A stretch of 64,000 bases of DNA from the NCBI GenBank assembly GCA_030066015.1, contig JASJCL010000014.1:6674-70673 (forward strand), read 5' to 3'. Below, one piece after another: positions 1 through 11,022 of this stretch; within the stretch, counting starts at the first letter, position 1; each line of letters opens with the position of its first letter. The translations under genes and the position numbers were made by a program. Under the pieces are notes generated by a model. The model was given only the letters and a program-made list of their open reading frames with translations, was not told the origin of the DNA and did no database searches. The DNA comes from Desulfosarcinaceae bacterium. Lineage in GTDB: Bacteria; Desulfobacterota; Desulfobacteria; Desulfobacterales; Desulfosarcinaceae.

Positions 1-2
1 TC

Positions 3-701
3 TTCGGAGACAACATCGAAGATCGTCTGGGATCATTGCGCTACCTGGCCTTCTACATCCTCTGCGGGCTGGCCTCGGGCGCCGTACACATGCTCCTCAA
101 CCCCACCAGCAACGTTCCCACCATCGGCGCCAGCGGGGCCATCGCCGGCGTGATGGGCGCATACCTATTGCTATTTCCCGGCAGCAAGGTGCTTACCCTG
201 ATTCCCATCATCATCATCCCCTGGTTCGTGGAGATTCCGGCTTTCTTTTTCCTGGGCCTCTGGTTCCTGATGCAACTCTTCAATGCCGCCGGTGACGCCG
301 GCAGCGCCAGCGGCATCGCATGGTGGGCCCACATTGGCGGTTTTCTCTTCGGCATGCTCAGCCTGGTCTTCTTCAAGCGGGTGCCCTCCGTCGGCGCCAG
401 CGAGCGGGTGCGCAGGGTGACGGCCAAGAAGCGCAGCCATCGCCTGCAAGTGATTCGCCCCGTACCCAGCGGTGACGACGCCCACCTTTACGGCGTCCTC
501 GCGATTACGGCCCATGAGGCCGCCGCCGGTACCCTGAAGCTGGTGAACATTCCCTGGGGTTTTCAAAAACGCCTGGTGCGCGTGCAGGTGCCGGCCGGAG
601 TCGGCGATGGCAAGATCCTGCGCCTGCGCGGCATGGGACAAATTACGCCCGCGGGCGGCCGCGGCGATCTACTGCTCAAGGTCACGGTCAGCGACGGCTG
701 A
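3..701 (+). CDS. Rhomboid family intramembrane serine protease (5' end cut by window edge) with C-terminal DnaJ-C-like extension
   Basis: Frame is open from nt 3 (FGDNIEDRLGSLRYLAFY...). It carries the catalytic-Ser motif GASGAIAGVMGAY and the His motif WAHIGGFLFG in hydrophobic segments. The soluble tail ...VQVPAGVGDGKILRLRGMGQITPAGGRGDLLLKVTV resembles a DnaJ/CbpA C-terminal beta-sandwich. Confidence 0.8.
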   Translation, partial: FGDNIEDRLGSLRYLAFYILCGLASGAVHMLLNPTSNVPTIGASGAIAGVMGAYLLLFPGSKVLTLIPIIIIPWFVEIPAFFFLGLWFLMQLFNAAGDAGSASGIAWWAHIGGFLFGMLSLVFFKRVPSVGASERVRRVTAKKRSHRLQVIRPVPSGDDAHLYGVLAITAHEAAAGTLKLVNIPWGFQKRLVRVQVPAGVGDGKILRLRGMGQITPAGGRGDLLLKVTVSDG

Positions 702-783
702 CATATCCGAGACCGGCAATCGGGGTGCACCGCGATTTTATCACTATCGACAATTGCACCGAATCCCATTACAATCGACGCAA

Positions 784-1716
784 ATGCCCGATTATATCCC
801 CATCCGAAAATCCCAGGCGCTGCACTACATGGCGGCCCCCCTGTTCATCAAAAACGCGGCGGACGAGTTTATTCTATACAAGACCGAGAACGCCGAGATG
901 GATATGGCGCGTTTCCAATCCGATCGCTGCCCCCAACTCTACATTCCAAATGAACACCGCGCCGCACTGTATGCTGAACTGCAGCGCAGCTACCACATTC
1001 TGCTGGCAAAACGGATGAAGGCCGGTGATATCCAAGGGGTCAAAGCGGCCATCTGCGACATCGTGCAAGAAGCCCTGCAGGAACCCCTCGGCCACAATCT
1101 ACAAACCCTTCCGGAAACCATCGACATCGTCTATCGGGGATATGCCTCCACCACCGAACTTCTGAAGCACATCTCCGGCTTCCGATACGGCGGCACCACC
1201 TTGGTCGAGCACGTGGTCAACACCCTGCTGCTGATCCTCAACTACTGCATCTTCCACGGCTTGCGCGAAACCGAGACCAAAGCGCTGACCTTGGGCGCAC
1301 TGCTGCACGACGTTGGATTGTCCCGGATTCCAGAGCGCATCATCCAGTCGGACGATCGTCTCTCGAAGCTGGATTTCAAGATCTACACGACCCATCCGGT
1401 CCTGGGTCACGAGATCATCCGTGCGCATATGACGGTGGACGCTGCGGTGGCGATGATGGCCCTGGAGCATCATGAGGAGCTGGACGGCAGCGGCTACCCG
1501 CACGGCCAGCGCGACCTGAGCTTTGGGGGGCGCCTGTTGGGGATTGTCGACACCTTTGAACAGCTCACCTTCAACGAAAAGACGCATCGTCAGAGGCGGG
1601 AACCCTTCGGCGCTTTGAAGCTTATTCAAGATGAAATGCTCCGGGAGGGCAACTACGATAAGGAGATCTTCAGAGGGCTCTGCCTGAGTCTGGTCGGCAA
1701 GAGCAGGTTTGCGTAG
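784..1716 (+). CDS. HD-GYP domain c-di-GMP phosphodiesterase-type protein
   Basis: Start moved to ATG 784 (MPDYIPIRK...) because the 607 start overlaps the rhomboid gene. Carries the HD motif LLHDVGL and the HHEELDGSGYPHG signature. Confidence 0.8.
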   Translation: MPDYIPIRKSQALHYMAAPLFIKNAADEFILYKTENAEMDMARFQSDRCPQLYIPNEHRAALYAELQRSYHILLAKRMKAGDIQGVKAAICDIVQEALQEPLGHNLQTLPETIDIVYRGYASTTELLKHISGFRYGGTTLVEHVVNTLLLILNYCIFHGLRETETKALTLGALLHDVGLSRIPERIIQSDDRLSKLDFKIYTTHPVLGHEIIRAHMTVDAAVAMMALEHHEELDGSGYPHGQRDLSFGGRLLGIVDTFEQLTFNEKTHRQRREPFGALKLIQDEMLREGNYDKEIFRGLCLSLVGKSRFA

Positions 1717-1905
1717 CCGGGTCGGCGTCGAACACGGTGCGCCGATTCTGGACACCCCCCGCCGCGCCCGCATGGCGGCCATCGTCGACGCCGTCGATCG
1801 GACGCGCCTGGGCTGAATGAGGGGCTGGCGCCCCGCCGATCATTCGCCGGCCGATCGGTCCGAGCGGGTTGGCGGCAGCCGCACCGCCCGGCGGACCGAT
1901 GGGAC

Positions 1906-2079
1906 TCAGCTCTCGTCAGACGCCCCTGCATCCCCGCAGGCGACGCACCGACCAAATTCATCCACACACGACGTACAGTGCAGTTTGCCGCACAAGCGAC
2001 AGGCGGTCATGCTATCCTTGCCCTCCCCCTCCACTTCGATGTGGCAGGCGGTACACGAAAATTGAACATCTTCACTCAT
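1906..2079 (-). CDS. Small (57 aa) cysteine-rich zinc-ribbon-like protein, below the ORF-track size cutoff
   Basis: Hand translation of the minus strand gives MSEDVQFSCTACHIEVEGEGKDSMTACRLCGKLHCTSCVDEFGRCVACGDAGASDES. It has four CxxC pairs and an AAGGAAG RBS about 8 nt upstream. It lies 70 nt downstream of the DUF1641 gene on the same strand. Confidence 0.5.
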   Translation of the reverse strand: MSEDVQFSCTACHIEVEGEGKDSMTACRLCGKLHCTSCVDEFGRCVACGDAGASDES

Positions 2080-2149
2080 GCGATGACTTCCTTTCCGCGG
2101 CTCGCCGCTGGGGAGCCGCCCAAAGAGGGGCCGACACGGCGCCGCCCGC

Positions 2150-2827
2150 TCAGGCCGACTGGGGCGTTTTCAGCGTGGCCAGGCCACGGGTCAACTCCAG
2201 GAGGACCCCCATTCCCTTTCGGAATTCCGCGTCTCCCATGGCCAGCAACAGGTGCCAGGGTCCCGCGGGTTTGGCCGCCGAAAGATCGACCGTGGCCGGC
2301 AACTCGGCGACTCGGTCGAGAAAATCCAACGCTTCCGGTCGGCTCAGCTGCTTGAGGGTTCCTGCCAGCCGCACCATCCCTTCACCGAGGGACGCCATCT
2401 CGGCCGGCGTCAGCGAACTGCTGATCTGCTGCAAAACATTGATGTTCATGTTGAGGAAGCGGAAGACGCCGCTGCGCTCGAGCGCGTCCAGATAGAAGAT
2501 CATCTGGGGAACGCTCGACTTGAGGAGCGGCTCCACCGTCACGGCGAAATCGATCAGGTTTTTGAGTTGATCCAGGGTGAAGCTGAGGTTCTTGACGTTT
2601 CGCAGCAGTTTCTTGATGAGGTAGAGCAGATCCTCGAGTTGAAAATCGGCCTCCACGTCGGCCAGCTCCTGAATCAAGGCCTGAACCGCTTCATTGACCC
2701 GCGGGGACAGCTCCTCCCGCAACTCGCCGATGGCCTTCGCCGTGCCGGCCATGGGAGCGATCTTCTCCTCGAGACTATCCAAACGGGCCAGGATCTCCGC
2801 CTCATGGGACATGACGGCTTGTGTCAT
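2150..2827 (-). CDS. DUF1641 domain-containing protein
   Basis: 225 aa, with an N-terminal coiled segment (EILARLDSLEEKI...) and overall similarity to DUF1641 partners of FAD-dependent oxidoreductases. GGGAGGTG RBS upstream; 12-nt gap to the upstream flavoprotein gene. Confidence 0.7.
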   Translation of the reverse strand: MTQAVMSHEAEILARLDSLEEKIAPMAGTAKAIGELREELSPRVNEAVQALIQELADVEADFQLEDLLYLIKKLLRNVKNLSFTLDQLKNLIDFAVTVEPLLKSSVPQMIFYLDALERSGVFRFLNMNINVLQQISSSLTPAEMASLGEGMVRLAGTLKQLSRPEALDFLDRVAELPATVDLSAAKPAGPWHLLLAMGDAEFRKGMGVLLELTRGLATLKTPQSA

Positions 2828-2839
2828 GGGTCACCTCCC

Positions 2840-4075
<1,236 letters not shown>

Positions 4076-4554
4076 CGACACCTCCTCTCGGTTCCATTTA
4101 AGGGGGTTGGCCAAATCGCAGCGACGCCCCTGCCGTGCGGTGTCGGCGGTTCCCGCCGTCGACATCGGTACAGGGGTACGCTTCACACATCTCAAGAAGG
4201 GCAAAGACCGGCGGCAAGAGACGAATCATCCCCGCAGATCGCATCTGGAAGCGGGGGGGCGACGTCGCAACCTTCTCCGCCGGAGGACGGACTATATGCG
4301 CCATACCGCAGACGAGACGGGCAGATGAGGTAGAAAAAAGCGCATCATTCGGAGCATGGTGGTGCGGTAGTTTGCTTCAGGTACGCGCGGATCGAAAAGG
4401 CCGAATTCCGCTATCGGTCAGGCTTGGCGCGGAGAACCGGGGGCGGTTGGGGGTGCCTGCGGCAGGTCGACCGAAAGCGTACTGGTTTATACTAGTGCAT
4501 CTCACCGGCTGGTGTAAAGTCCCGCCACCGCGATTTGCACCCGTGGGCCGCAGG

Positions 4555-5472
4555 TTATTGCGGTGAGAGAAGCAGCCGATAGGCCTCGACAATCTCGACA
4601 GGATGATAGGAGCGTTTGGACTTGGCCAGGCCAGCGAGGCCCATATCGCTCTCCTTATTGATGTAGCGATAGCCGTTGAACAATCGGCGGGCGCACTGCT
4701 GATCAAAGTATTGGTAGAGGCCTTTGATGCGGGCGTCCGCCTTCTCATACTGCAAGGTGGCCAGATCGGGGGTCAAGTGGGCGGCGACACCGAAGGCTTT
4801 CACCGCGCCGTCGATGCGCAGGTGCAGACCTCTGACGTCCAAGCGTTCCAGGTTCTCGAGGGTGTTGGTGGCGGCGTCGCGCTCACAGGCGAGATCCTCT
4901 GCCAGTTCAACTCCGCAGGCCCGCTCGCCACACCAGATCTCCAGGTAGTCGATGCAGTCGGCGACGTCGTCCGGCCCGATGGGCCCCACCGTCACGCGAT
5001 TCTCAGCCACATGGCTGCGATGGAACTGGCGCACCAGATTCCGTTTCTTGGCGTATTTCCCGCCGGCAAGCTCGGCCAGATCTGCGCGACGATAAATGTA
5101 GTCGTCCAAATCCGGATCGCGCTGAATCTTGAAGAAGGCGGCCACTGCATCCTCGCCATAGGTGTCCAGGTAGCAGCGCGGGACGAACCAGACACTGTCG
5201 TGGCCGGCCGCGGCCACCAGATCGGCCAGGCGCTCGGGCGGCATCTCCCCATCGGGGCCAATGGGCAGAATCATGTGGCGCAGGTGGGTATCCACAGCGA
5301 ATTCGGCCGCCACCACCAGGAATCCATCCTGGGTGGCCACTTGCGGGCGGTAGGCATCGTTCTGCCAGGCGATGATGGAGGCCAGGGCATAGTCGCACAG
5401 GCGGTATCGTTGCCGATCGAAATAGGGTTTATAGGTGGCGAAATCCGCCGGGGTGATGGTTCTGAACTCCAT
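4555..5472 (-). CDS. DUF2156 (phosphatidylglycerol lysyltransferase C-terminal-like) domain protein
   Basis: Motifs CDYALASIIAWQND, KKRNLVRQF and NKESDMGLAGLAKSKRSYHPVEIVEAY match stand-alone DUF2156 proteins. Confidence 0.7.
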   Translation of the reverse strand: MEFRTITPADFATYKPYFDRQRYRLCDYALASIIAWQNDAYRPQVATQDGFLVVAAEFAVDTHLRHMILPIGPDGEMPPERLADLVAAAGHDSVWFVPRCYLDTYGEDAVAAFFKIQRDPDLDDYIYRRADLAELAGGKYAKKRNLVRQFHRSHVAENRVTVGPIGPDDVADCIDYLEIWCGERACGVELAEDLACERDAATNTLENLERLDVRGLHLRIDGAVKAFGVAAHLTPDLATLQYEKADARIKGLYQYFDQQCARRLFNGYRYINKESDMGLAGLAKSKRSYHPVEIVEAYRLLLSPQ

Positions 5473-5490
5473 GTCGGACTCGGTATAGCG

Positions 5491-5907
5491 TTAAGACTCT
5501 AAGTAGCGCATGGGTGTGGCATCGGTCATGGGCTGGAAACCGCAGCGGGCATATACGCCGCTGGCAGGCCCCTTGGCGATCAGCCCGATCCAGTCGATGC
5601 CCCGCTGTTTGGATCGATCGACCAGCGCCGCCACGATCTGGGTGGCGATTCCCTCGCCGCGCCGCCCGGCGGTGACGGCGATGTCATGAATAAAGGCGTC
5701 GCTGACGCCGTCACTGATGACCCGTCCCATGCCGACAATGTCCGCCCCTTCACGGGCAACCATGAAGAACAGGCTGCCGGTGATGACGCCGTGGACCTGC
5801 TCGGGGTGCTGCTCGGCCTCGGGCCACCAACCCGTCTCCGCATAGAGACGGGCAACCGCTCCGATCTGGGCGGCGGAGGGGGATGTCAGGTCGTCAATGG
5901 TCAACAT
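5491..5907 (-). CDS. GNAT family N-acetyltransferase
   Basis: 138 aa. Acetyl-CoA-binding-like motif VTAGRRGEGIATQIV (Q/RxxGxG/A) and typical GNAT size. Confidence 0.75.
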   Translation of the reverse strand: MLTIDDLTSPSAAQIGAVARLYAETGWWPEAEQHPEQVHGVITGSLFFMVAREGADIVGMGRVISDGVSDAFIHDIAVTAGRRGEGIATQIVAALVDRSKQRGIDWIGLIAKGPASGVYARCGFQPMTDATPMRYLES

Positions 5908-5912
5908 GGGCG

Positions 5913-6857
5913 TTAGCCGGCGGACACCTCGCTGCCGAGGGGCGCCTCATTGTCCGGCGCATAGAGAGTCGACACGCGGTTGCGGCCTTTGTCCTTGGAG
6001 ATGTACATGGCCTGATCGGCGCGCTGGATGAAGGTGGCAATATCTTCGGGGGGCGCATATTCGGTGACCCCGACGCTGATGGTGATGGTGATGGTATCGC
6101 CCGCCCCCACCTCGAGGGCATCGCCTTGGACGGCACTGCGAATGCGGTGGGCCACGGTTTCCGCTTCCTTGCCAACGGTTTCGGGCAAGATAACGGTGAA
6201 CTCCTCACCGCCGTAGCGGTAGGCCGAGTCCATCTTGCGCAGACAGCTCTTGACAGTCTGGCCCAGGCGGACCAGAACCTTGTCCCCTTCCAGGTGGCCG
6301 TAGCTGTCGTTGTACACCTTGAATTTGTCAATATCCAGGAGCAGCAGTGAGAGGGGGTGCCCGTAGCGGTTGGAGCGGTCGATCTCCCCCTTGAGCTGGT
6401 TGTAGAAGTGGCGCGAATTATAGAGTTTGGTGAGTCCGTCGGTGATGGAGAGCTTCTTGAGACGATCCAACATCACGGTGCGCTCATTGGTCAGGCGACG
6501 CTCGCGCAGCACCCGCTTGAGCCGCAGGAGCAGCTCCTCAAACTTTACCGGCTTGAAGACGAAATCGCTGGCCCCTTTGCTGATGGCCTCCTCGTAGCTG
6601 TAATCGCCGCTGTAGCCCGTCATCACGATCACGTCTACATCGTAGGCCTTTTTAATCCGATCGGTGAGCTCGAGCCCATTCATACCCGGGAGGAGAATGT
6701 CCGTGATCACCACCTCTACGCCGGTTTCCTTCAGAATCTCGAGGGCATCTTCGGCACTCGCCGCCATGTAGGTCTGGTACCCCGACATCTCGATGAATTC
6801 GCGCATCGATTCCCGAATCGCAGTGTCGTCGTCAACTATGAGAATATTGGGATCCAT
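5913..6857 (-). CDS. Response regulator receiver - GGDEF diguanylate cyclase
   Basis: N-terminal receiver (ILIVDDD...VVITDILLPGMNG) and C-terminal GGDEF domain with RYGGEEF active-site motif. Confidence 0.85.
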   Translation of the reverse strand: MDPNILIVDDDTAIRESMREFIEMSGYQTYMAASAEDALEILKETGVEVVITDILLPGMNGLELTDRIKKAYDVDVIVMTGYSGDYSYEEAISKGASDFVFKPVKFEELLLRLKRVLRERRLTNERTVMLDRLKKLSITDGLTKLYNSRHFYNQLKGEIDRSNRYGHPLSLLLLDIDKFKVYNDSYGHLEGDKVLVRLGQTVKSCLRKMDSAYRYGGEEFTVILPETVGKEAETVAHRIRSAVQGDALEVGAGDTITITISVGVTEYAPPEDIATFIQRADQAMYISKDKGRNRVSTLYAPDNEAPLGSEVSAG

Positions 6858-6902
6858 CTTGGGCTTGTCCGAATCTATGGGATCCGCTATATATCGGCGG
6901 AA

Positions 6903-6932
6903 TTGACAGCAAGGGGTTGAATTTGGTAAGAA
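6903..6932 (+). promoter_or_regulatory. Candidate sigma70 promoter for lepA
   Basis: TTGACA (6903-6908), 18-nt spacer, TAAGAA (6927-6932), in an A/T-rich divergent intergenic region. Confidence 0.3.
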
Positions 6933-7023
6933 TTCATATTCTTTTTAATCGTTTAGTATAGACAGGCGCATCCTTCAAGTCAACGGAATTCGAGCTGGCT
7001 GACGGTTCGCCGATGCGTGCAAT

Positions 7024-8826
7024 ATGCAACTGAACCACCTCCGTAATTTCAGCATCATCGCCCACATCGACCATGGCAAGTCGACCCTGTCCGACCGCTT
7101 AATAGAGGTCAGCGATATCATCAGCGAGCGGGATTTCAAAGATCAAATTCTCGACAGCATGGATATCGAGCGCGAGCGTGGGATCACCATCAAGAGCCAG
7201 ACCGTCTGCCTGCCCCACGCCGCCAAGGATGGAAAGACCTATCATCTCAACCTCATCGACACCCCCGGTCACGTGGACTTCACTTACGAGGTCTCGCGGG
7301 CCCTGGCCTCCTGCGAGGGCGCCCTGCTGCTCATCGACGCCAGCCAGGGTGTGGAGGCCCAGACCCTGGCAAACCTCTACCTGGCCCTGGAACACGATCT
7401 TGAGATCATCCCGGTGATCAACAAGATCGACCTGCCCTCGGCCGACATAGACCGGGTCAAGTCGCAAATCGAAGACGACCTGGGTCTGGACAGCGACGCC
7501 GCCATCCTCACTTCGGCCAAGGAAGGACGCGGCATCGAGGCGCTGTTCGAGGGCATCGTCGCCCACCTGCCGCCGCCCCAGGGAGATCCAGAAGCCCCTC
7601 TCAAGGCCCTGATCTTCGACTCCCACTACGATCCCTTTCGTGGCACCATCGTCCATTTCCGGGTCCGGGACGGGCGCATCCGGGCCGGTGAGCGCATCCG
7701 CTTCATGTCCAACAACGCCACCTACAAGGTGGAGGAAGTGGGGCTTTTTCAGATCGTCCGCAATCCTCAGAAGGAGCTGGTGGCCGGACAGGTGGGTTAC
7801 ATGATCGCCGGCATCAAAACCGTCAGCGACACGCGCTGCGGCGATACCATCACGCTGGACAGCCGCCCCTGCGAGGCCCCCGAGCCCGGCTTCAAAGAGG
7901 CCAAACCGGTGGTTTTCTCCTCCATCTATCCGGTCGCCTCGGACGGCTACGACGATCTGGTCGTGGCCATGGAGAAACTCAAGCTGAACGATGCCGCGCT
8001 GATCTACGAGAAGGACACCTCGGTGGCCCTGGGTTTCGGTTTCCGGTGCGGTTTCCTCGGCCTGCTCCACCTGGAGGTGGTGCAGGAGCGCCTCGAGCGG
8101 GAGTTTGACCAAAGCCTCATCCTCACGGCGCCATCGGTCCAATACGAGCTGGTGATGAACGACGGCGAAGTGCAGATCGTGGACAATCCCGCGCTGTATC
8201 CAGACCCCACCACCATCGAGATCGCCCGGGAGCCCTTTATCAAGGCCGCCATCATCATCCCCGACCGCTACATGGGTGCGGTGATGAAGCTGTGTATGGA
8301 ACGCCGCGGCATCAATAAGAACTACCAGTATCTGACCAACAACCGCCTGGAGATGATATTCGAACTGCCCCTCTCCGAAGTGGTCTATGACTTTTACGAT
8401 CGGCTCAAATCGGTCACCCAGGGCTACGGCAGTTTCGACTACGAATTGATTGGTCAGCGCGACACCAAACTGGTCAAGCTGGATATTCTGATCAACGGCG
8501 ATCGGGTGGATGCCCTCAGCCAGCTCGTACACGAGGAGCGCGCCTACCAGCGTGCCCGTGTCAGCTGTGACAAACTCAAGGAGGAGATCCCCCGCCAGAT
8601 GTTCAAGATCGCCATCCAGGGCGCCGTGGGCGGCAAGATCATCGCCCGCAGCACGGTCAATCCCTATCGCAAGGATGTGACCGCCAAATGCTATGGCGGG
8701 GATATCACTCGAAAACGCAAGTTATTGGAAAAACAGAAAAAAGGCAAGAAACGGATGAAAATGGTGGGCCAGGTCGAGATTCCCCAGTCCGCATTTTTAT
8801 CCGTGCTGAGGACAGACGCTGAATAG
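7024..8826 (+). CDS. lepA: Translation elongation factor 4
   Basis: 600 aa. GTPase motifs [23 protein letters not shown], and the highly conserved C-terminus ...[25 protein letters not shown]. Confidence 0.95.
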   Translation: MQLNHLRNFSIIAHIDHGKSTLSDRLIEVSDIISERDFKDQILDSMDIERERGITIKSQTVCLPHAAKDGKTYHLNLIDTPGHVDFTYEVSRALASCEGALLLIDASQGVEAQTLANLYLALEHDLEIIPVINKIDLPSADIDRVKSQIEDDLGLDSDAAILTSAKEGRGIEALFEGIVAHLPPPQGDPEAPLKALIFDSHYDPFRGTIVHFRVRDGRIRAGERIRFMSNNATYKVEEVGLFQIVRNPQKELVAGQVGYMIAGIKTVSDTRCGDTITLDSRPCEAPEPGFKEAKPVVFSSIYPVASDGYDDLVVAMEKLKLNDAALIYEKDTSVALGFGFRCGFLGLLHLEVVQERLEREFDQSLILTAPSVQYELVMNDGEVQIVDNPALYPDPTTIEIAREPFIKAAIIIPDRYMGAVMKLCMERRGINKNYQYLTNNRLEMIFELPLSEVVYDFYDRLKSVTQGYGSFDYELIGQRDTKLVKLDILINGDRVDALSQLVHEERAYQRARVSCDKLKEEIPRQMFKIAIQGAVGGKIIARSTVNPYRKDVTAKCYGGDITRKRKLLEKQKKGKKRMKMVGQVEIPQSAFLSVLRTDAE

Positions 8827-8827
8827 G

Positions 8828-8866
8828 GCCCAAGCGCCCATCGGTGAAGCCGATGGGCGCTTGGGC
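8828..8866 (+). terminator. Hairpin terminator after lepA
   Basis: Perfect 17-bp stem GCCCAAGCGCCCATCGG / CCGATGGGCGCTTGGGC with a 5-nt loop, starting 2 nt after the stop codon. Only a short TT follows. Confidence 0.6.
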
Positions 8867-9075
8867 TTGGCAATCGCCTTCAGCGATTGCTGAGTCCAAC
8901 CGCCCGGATACAACAGGGTTGTCTTCGCGCCTTCCGACCTGCCCGCCCGCCGTCGCCGCCACCCCGGCCGCGGCCCCGCCTCCGGCAGGAAATCGCCGCT
9001 CGCCGATGATGGCGCTGTCCGCAGCCAGCGCATCGTCCGCCAGGGCGGCCCGAAGACCATGTGAGGAGTACACCC

Positions 9076-10374
9076 ATGGGCAACACCATCGCAGAGAAAA
9101 TTTTCGCCACCCATCTGGTGGACACGCCGGCTTCAGGGGTGAACGTGATTCGCCTGGATGCGGTCTTTTGCCACGAGATCACCACTCCCGGCGCCATCCT
9201 GGACCTGATGGCGCGAGGCAAGGACCGGGTGTTCGATCCCGCCAGAATCAAGGCCGTCATCGACCACGTCACGCCCGCCAAGGACAGCAAGACCGCCACC
9301 CAGGGCCTCATCCTGCGCCAGTGGGCCCGCCGCCACAACATCATCGATTTCTTCGATATCGGCCGCAACGGCGTCTGCCATGCCCTCTTTCCCGAAAAGG
9401 GCTTCGTGCGCCCGGGTTATACGGTCATCATGGGGGATAGCCACACTTGCACCCACGGTGCCTTCGGCGCTTTTGCGGCTGGGGTGGGCACCACCGATCT
9501 CGAGGTGGGCATTCTCAAGGGCGTCTGCGCCTTTCGAAGCCCGGAGACGCTGAAGGTGGAGATCACGGGCACGATGGCCCCCGGCGTCTTCGCCAAAGAC
9601 GTGATCCTCTCCCTTATCGGGCGCATCGGCGTCGGGGGGGCCACCAACAAGGTGATCGAGTTCGGCGGACCCGTGGTGGCCGCCATGGATATGGAGGCGC
9701 GCATGACCCTGTGCAACATGGCCATCGAGGCCGGCGGTACCTGCGGTATCTGCGCACCCGACGCGGTCACGGTGGACTATCTGTGGCCCTTCATTGCGGC
9801 CGACTACCCGAACCGGGAAGCGGCTTTGGCGGCCTATCAGCGGTTCAATCCCGATCCGGACGCCCACTATGTCGACACCATCGTCCACGATGTGAGCGAC
9901 CTGACGCCCCAGGTCACCTTCGACTACAAGCCCGACCAGGTCAAATCGGTCGCCGAGATGGCCGGCGCCCCCGTGGATCAGGTCTACATCGGCAGCTGCA
10001 CCAATGGCCGCATCAGCGACCTGCGCGCCGCCGCCAAGGTACTCGAAGGCAGACGCATCGCCGATACGGTGCGGGCCATCGTTTCGCCGGCCACCCCGCA
10101 AGTCTACCAGGAGGCCTTGAAAGAGGGCCTCATCGAGATCTTCATGGATGCCGGCTTCTGCGTCACAAACCCCACCTGCGGCGCCTGTCTGGGAATGAGC
10201 AACGGGGTGCTGGCCGAGGGCGAGGTGTGCGCATCCACGACCAATCGCAACTTTTATGGTCGCATGGGCAAGGGGGCGCTCGTTCACCTCATGAGTCCGG
10301 CCACGGCCGCCGCCACGGCGATCGAAGGCGTCATCACCAATTCGCCCCTTTTCACCGATCCCCAGCCCGCTTAG
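9076..10374 (+). CDS. leuC: 3-isopropylmalate/homoaconitate dehydratase large subunit (short aconitase-family type)
   Basis: Start at ATG 9076 behind a GAGGAG RBS. Motifs GDSHTCTHGAFGAFA, IGSCTNGR and NPTCGACLG (Fe-S ligands). Confidence 0.85.
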   Translation: MGNTIAEKIFATHLVDTPASGVNVIRLDAVFCHEITTPGAILDLMARGKDRVFDPARIKAVIDHVTPAKDSKTATQGLILRQWARRHNIIDFFDIGRNGVCHALFPEKGFVRPGYTVIMGDSHTCTHGAFGAFAAGVGTTDLEVGILKGVCAFRSPETLKVEITGTMAPGVFAKDVILSLIGRIGVGGATNKVIEFGGPVVAAMDMEARMTLCNMAIEAGGTCGICAPDAVTVDYLWPFIAADYPNREAALAAYQRFNPDPDAHYVDTIVHDVSDLTPQVTFDYKPDQVKSVAEMAGAPVDQVYIGSCTNGRISDLRAAAKVLEGRRIADTVRAIVSPATPQVYQEALKEGLIEIFMDAGFCVTNPTCGACLGMSNGVLAEGEVCASTTNRNFYGRMGKGALVHLMSPATAAATAIEGVITNSPLFTDPQPA

Positions 10375-10404
10375 CATTGGGCGGCAGCGCGACAAGGAGT
10401 CCCC

Positions 10405-10929
10405 ATGAAGTCATTCAGTGGTAACGTCCTCTTTCTGGATCGCAGCGATATCAACACCGACGAGATCATCCCGGCCAAATACCTCACCGAGGTGGAGCGG
10501 CAGAAGCTCAAGCCCTATCTCCTCGAGGATCTGAAGCTGGCAGGCTTCGACCCCAAGCGGGACCTTCAGGAGAAGCGCGTGGTGCTCTCCCGGGCCAACT
10601 TCGGCTGCGGCTCCTCCCGCGAACACGCCCCTTGGGCCCTGGAGGCCAACGGCATCCACGTCGTGGTGGCGGAGAGTTTCGCCCGAATCTTTCGTCAGAA
10701 CATGTTCAACTGCGGGCTGCTGGCACTGGAGTTGCCGGCCGATATCGTCGACGGCCTGTTCACGGCCTTCGCCGGCCGCGCCACCCGGGTGGATACCGAT
10801 TGGCAGGCGCGCCAGCTGACGTTTCGAAGCGGCGGCGACCAGCGCACCGTCCACTTCGACCTCTCCGACTTCGACAGTGACCTGGTCGAGGCCGGCGGTT
10901 GGGTCGAATATGCCGACAGCAAGTACTGA
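10405..10929 (+). CDS. leuD: 3-isopropylmalate/homoaconitate dehydratase small subunit
   Basis: 174 aa, motif NFGCGSSREHAPWAL, 30 nt after leuC with an AAGGAG RBS. Confidence 0.85.
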   Translation: MKSFSGNVLFLDRSDINTDEIIPAKYLTEVERQKLKPYLLEDLKLAGFDPKRDLQEKRVVLSRANFGCGSSREHAPWALEANGIHVVVAESFARIFRQNMFNCGLLALELPADIVDGLFTAFAGRATRVDTDWQARQLTFRSGGDQRTVHFDLSDFDSDLVEAGGWVEYADSKY

Positions 10930-10971
10930 CCCGGCGGGCAGCCCCCATCCCCATTGAATTACCAAACAACG

Positions 10972-11002
10972 GCGCCCCGGAGAGCGGCATTCTCCGGGGC
11001 GC
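10972..11002. terminator. Bidirectional hairpin between convergent leuD and lipoprotein genes
   Basis: Perfect 12-bp stem GCGCCCCGGAGA / TCTCCGGGGCGC with a 7-nt loop. Moderately T-rich flanks on both strands. Confidence 0.55.
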
Positions 11003-11022
11003 TGGTTCTCATTCCCATCGGA

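Noticed and set aside
607-783. Upstream extension of the HD-GYP ORF
   Set aside because: It overlaps the 3' end of the rhomboid gene and reads as Arg/Ala/Cys junk. The Met at 784 gives a normal N-terminus.
7099-8532. 477-aa ORF antisense to lepA (similar cases: 9133..10395, 14892..16364, 21814..23829, 26703..27779, 24948..25982)
   Set aside because: All lie opposite genes with strong family motifs. They are typical stop-codon-poor antisense frames of high-GC sequence.
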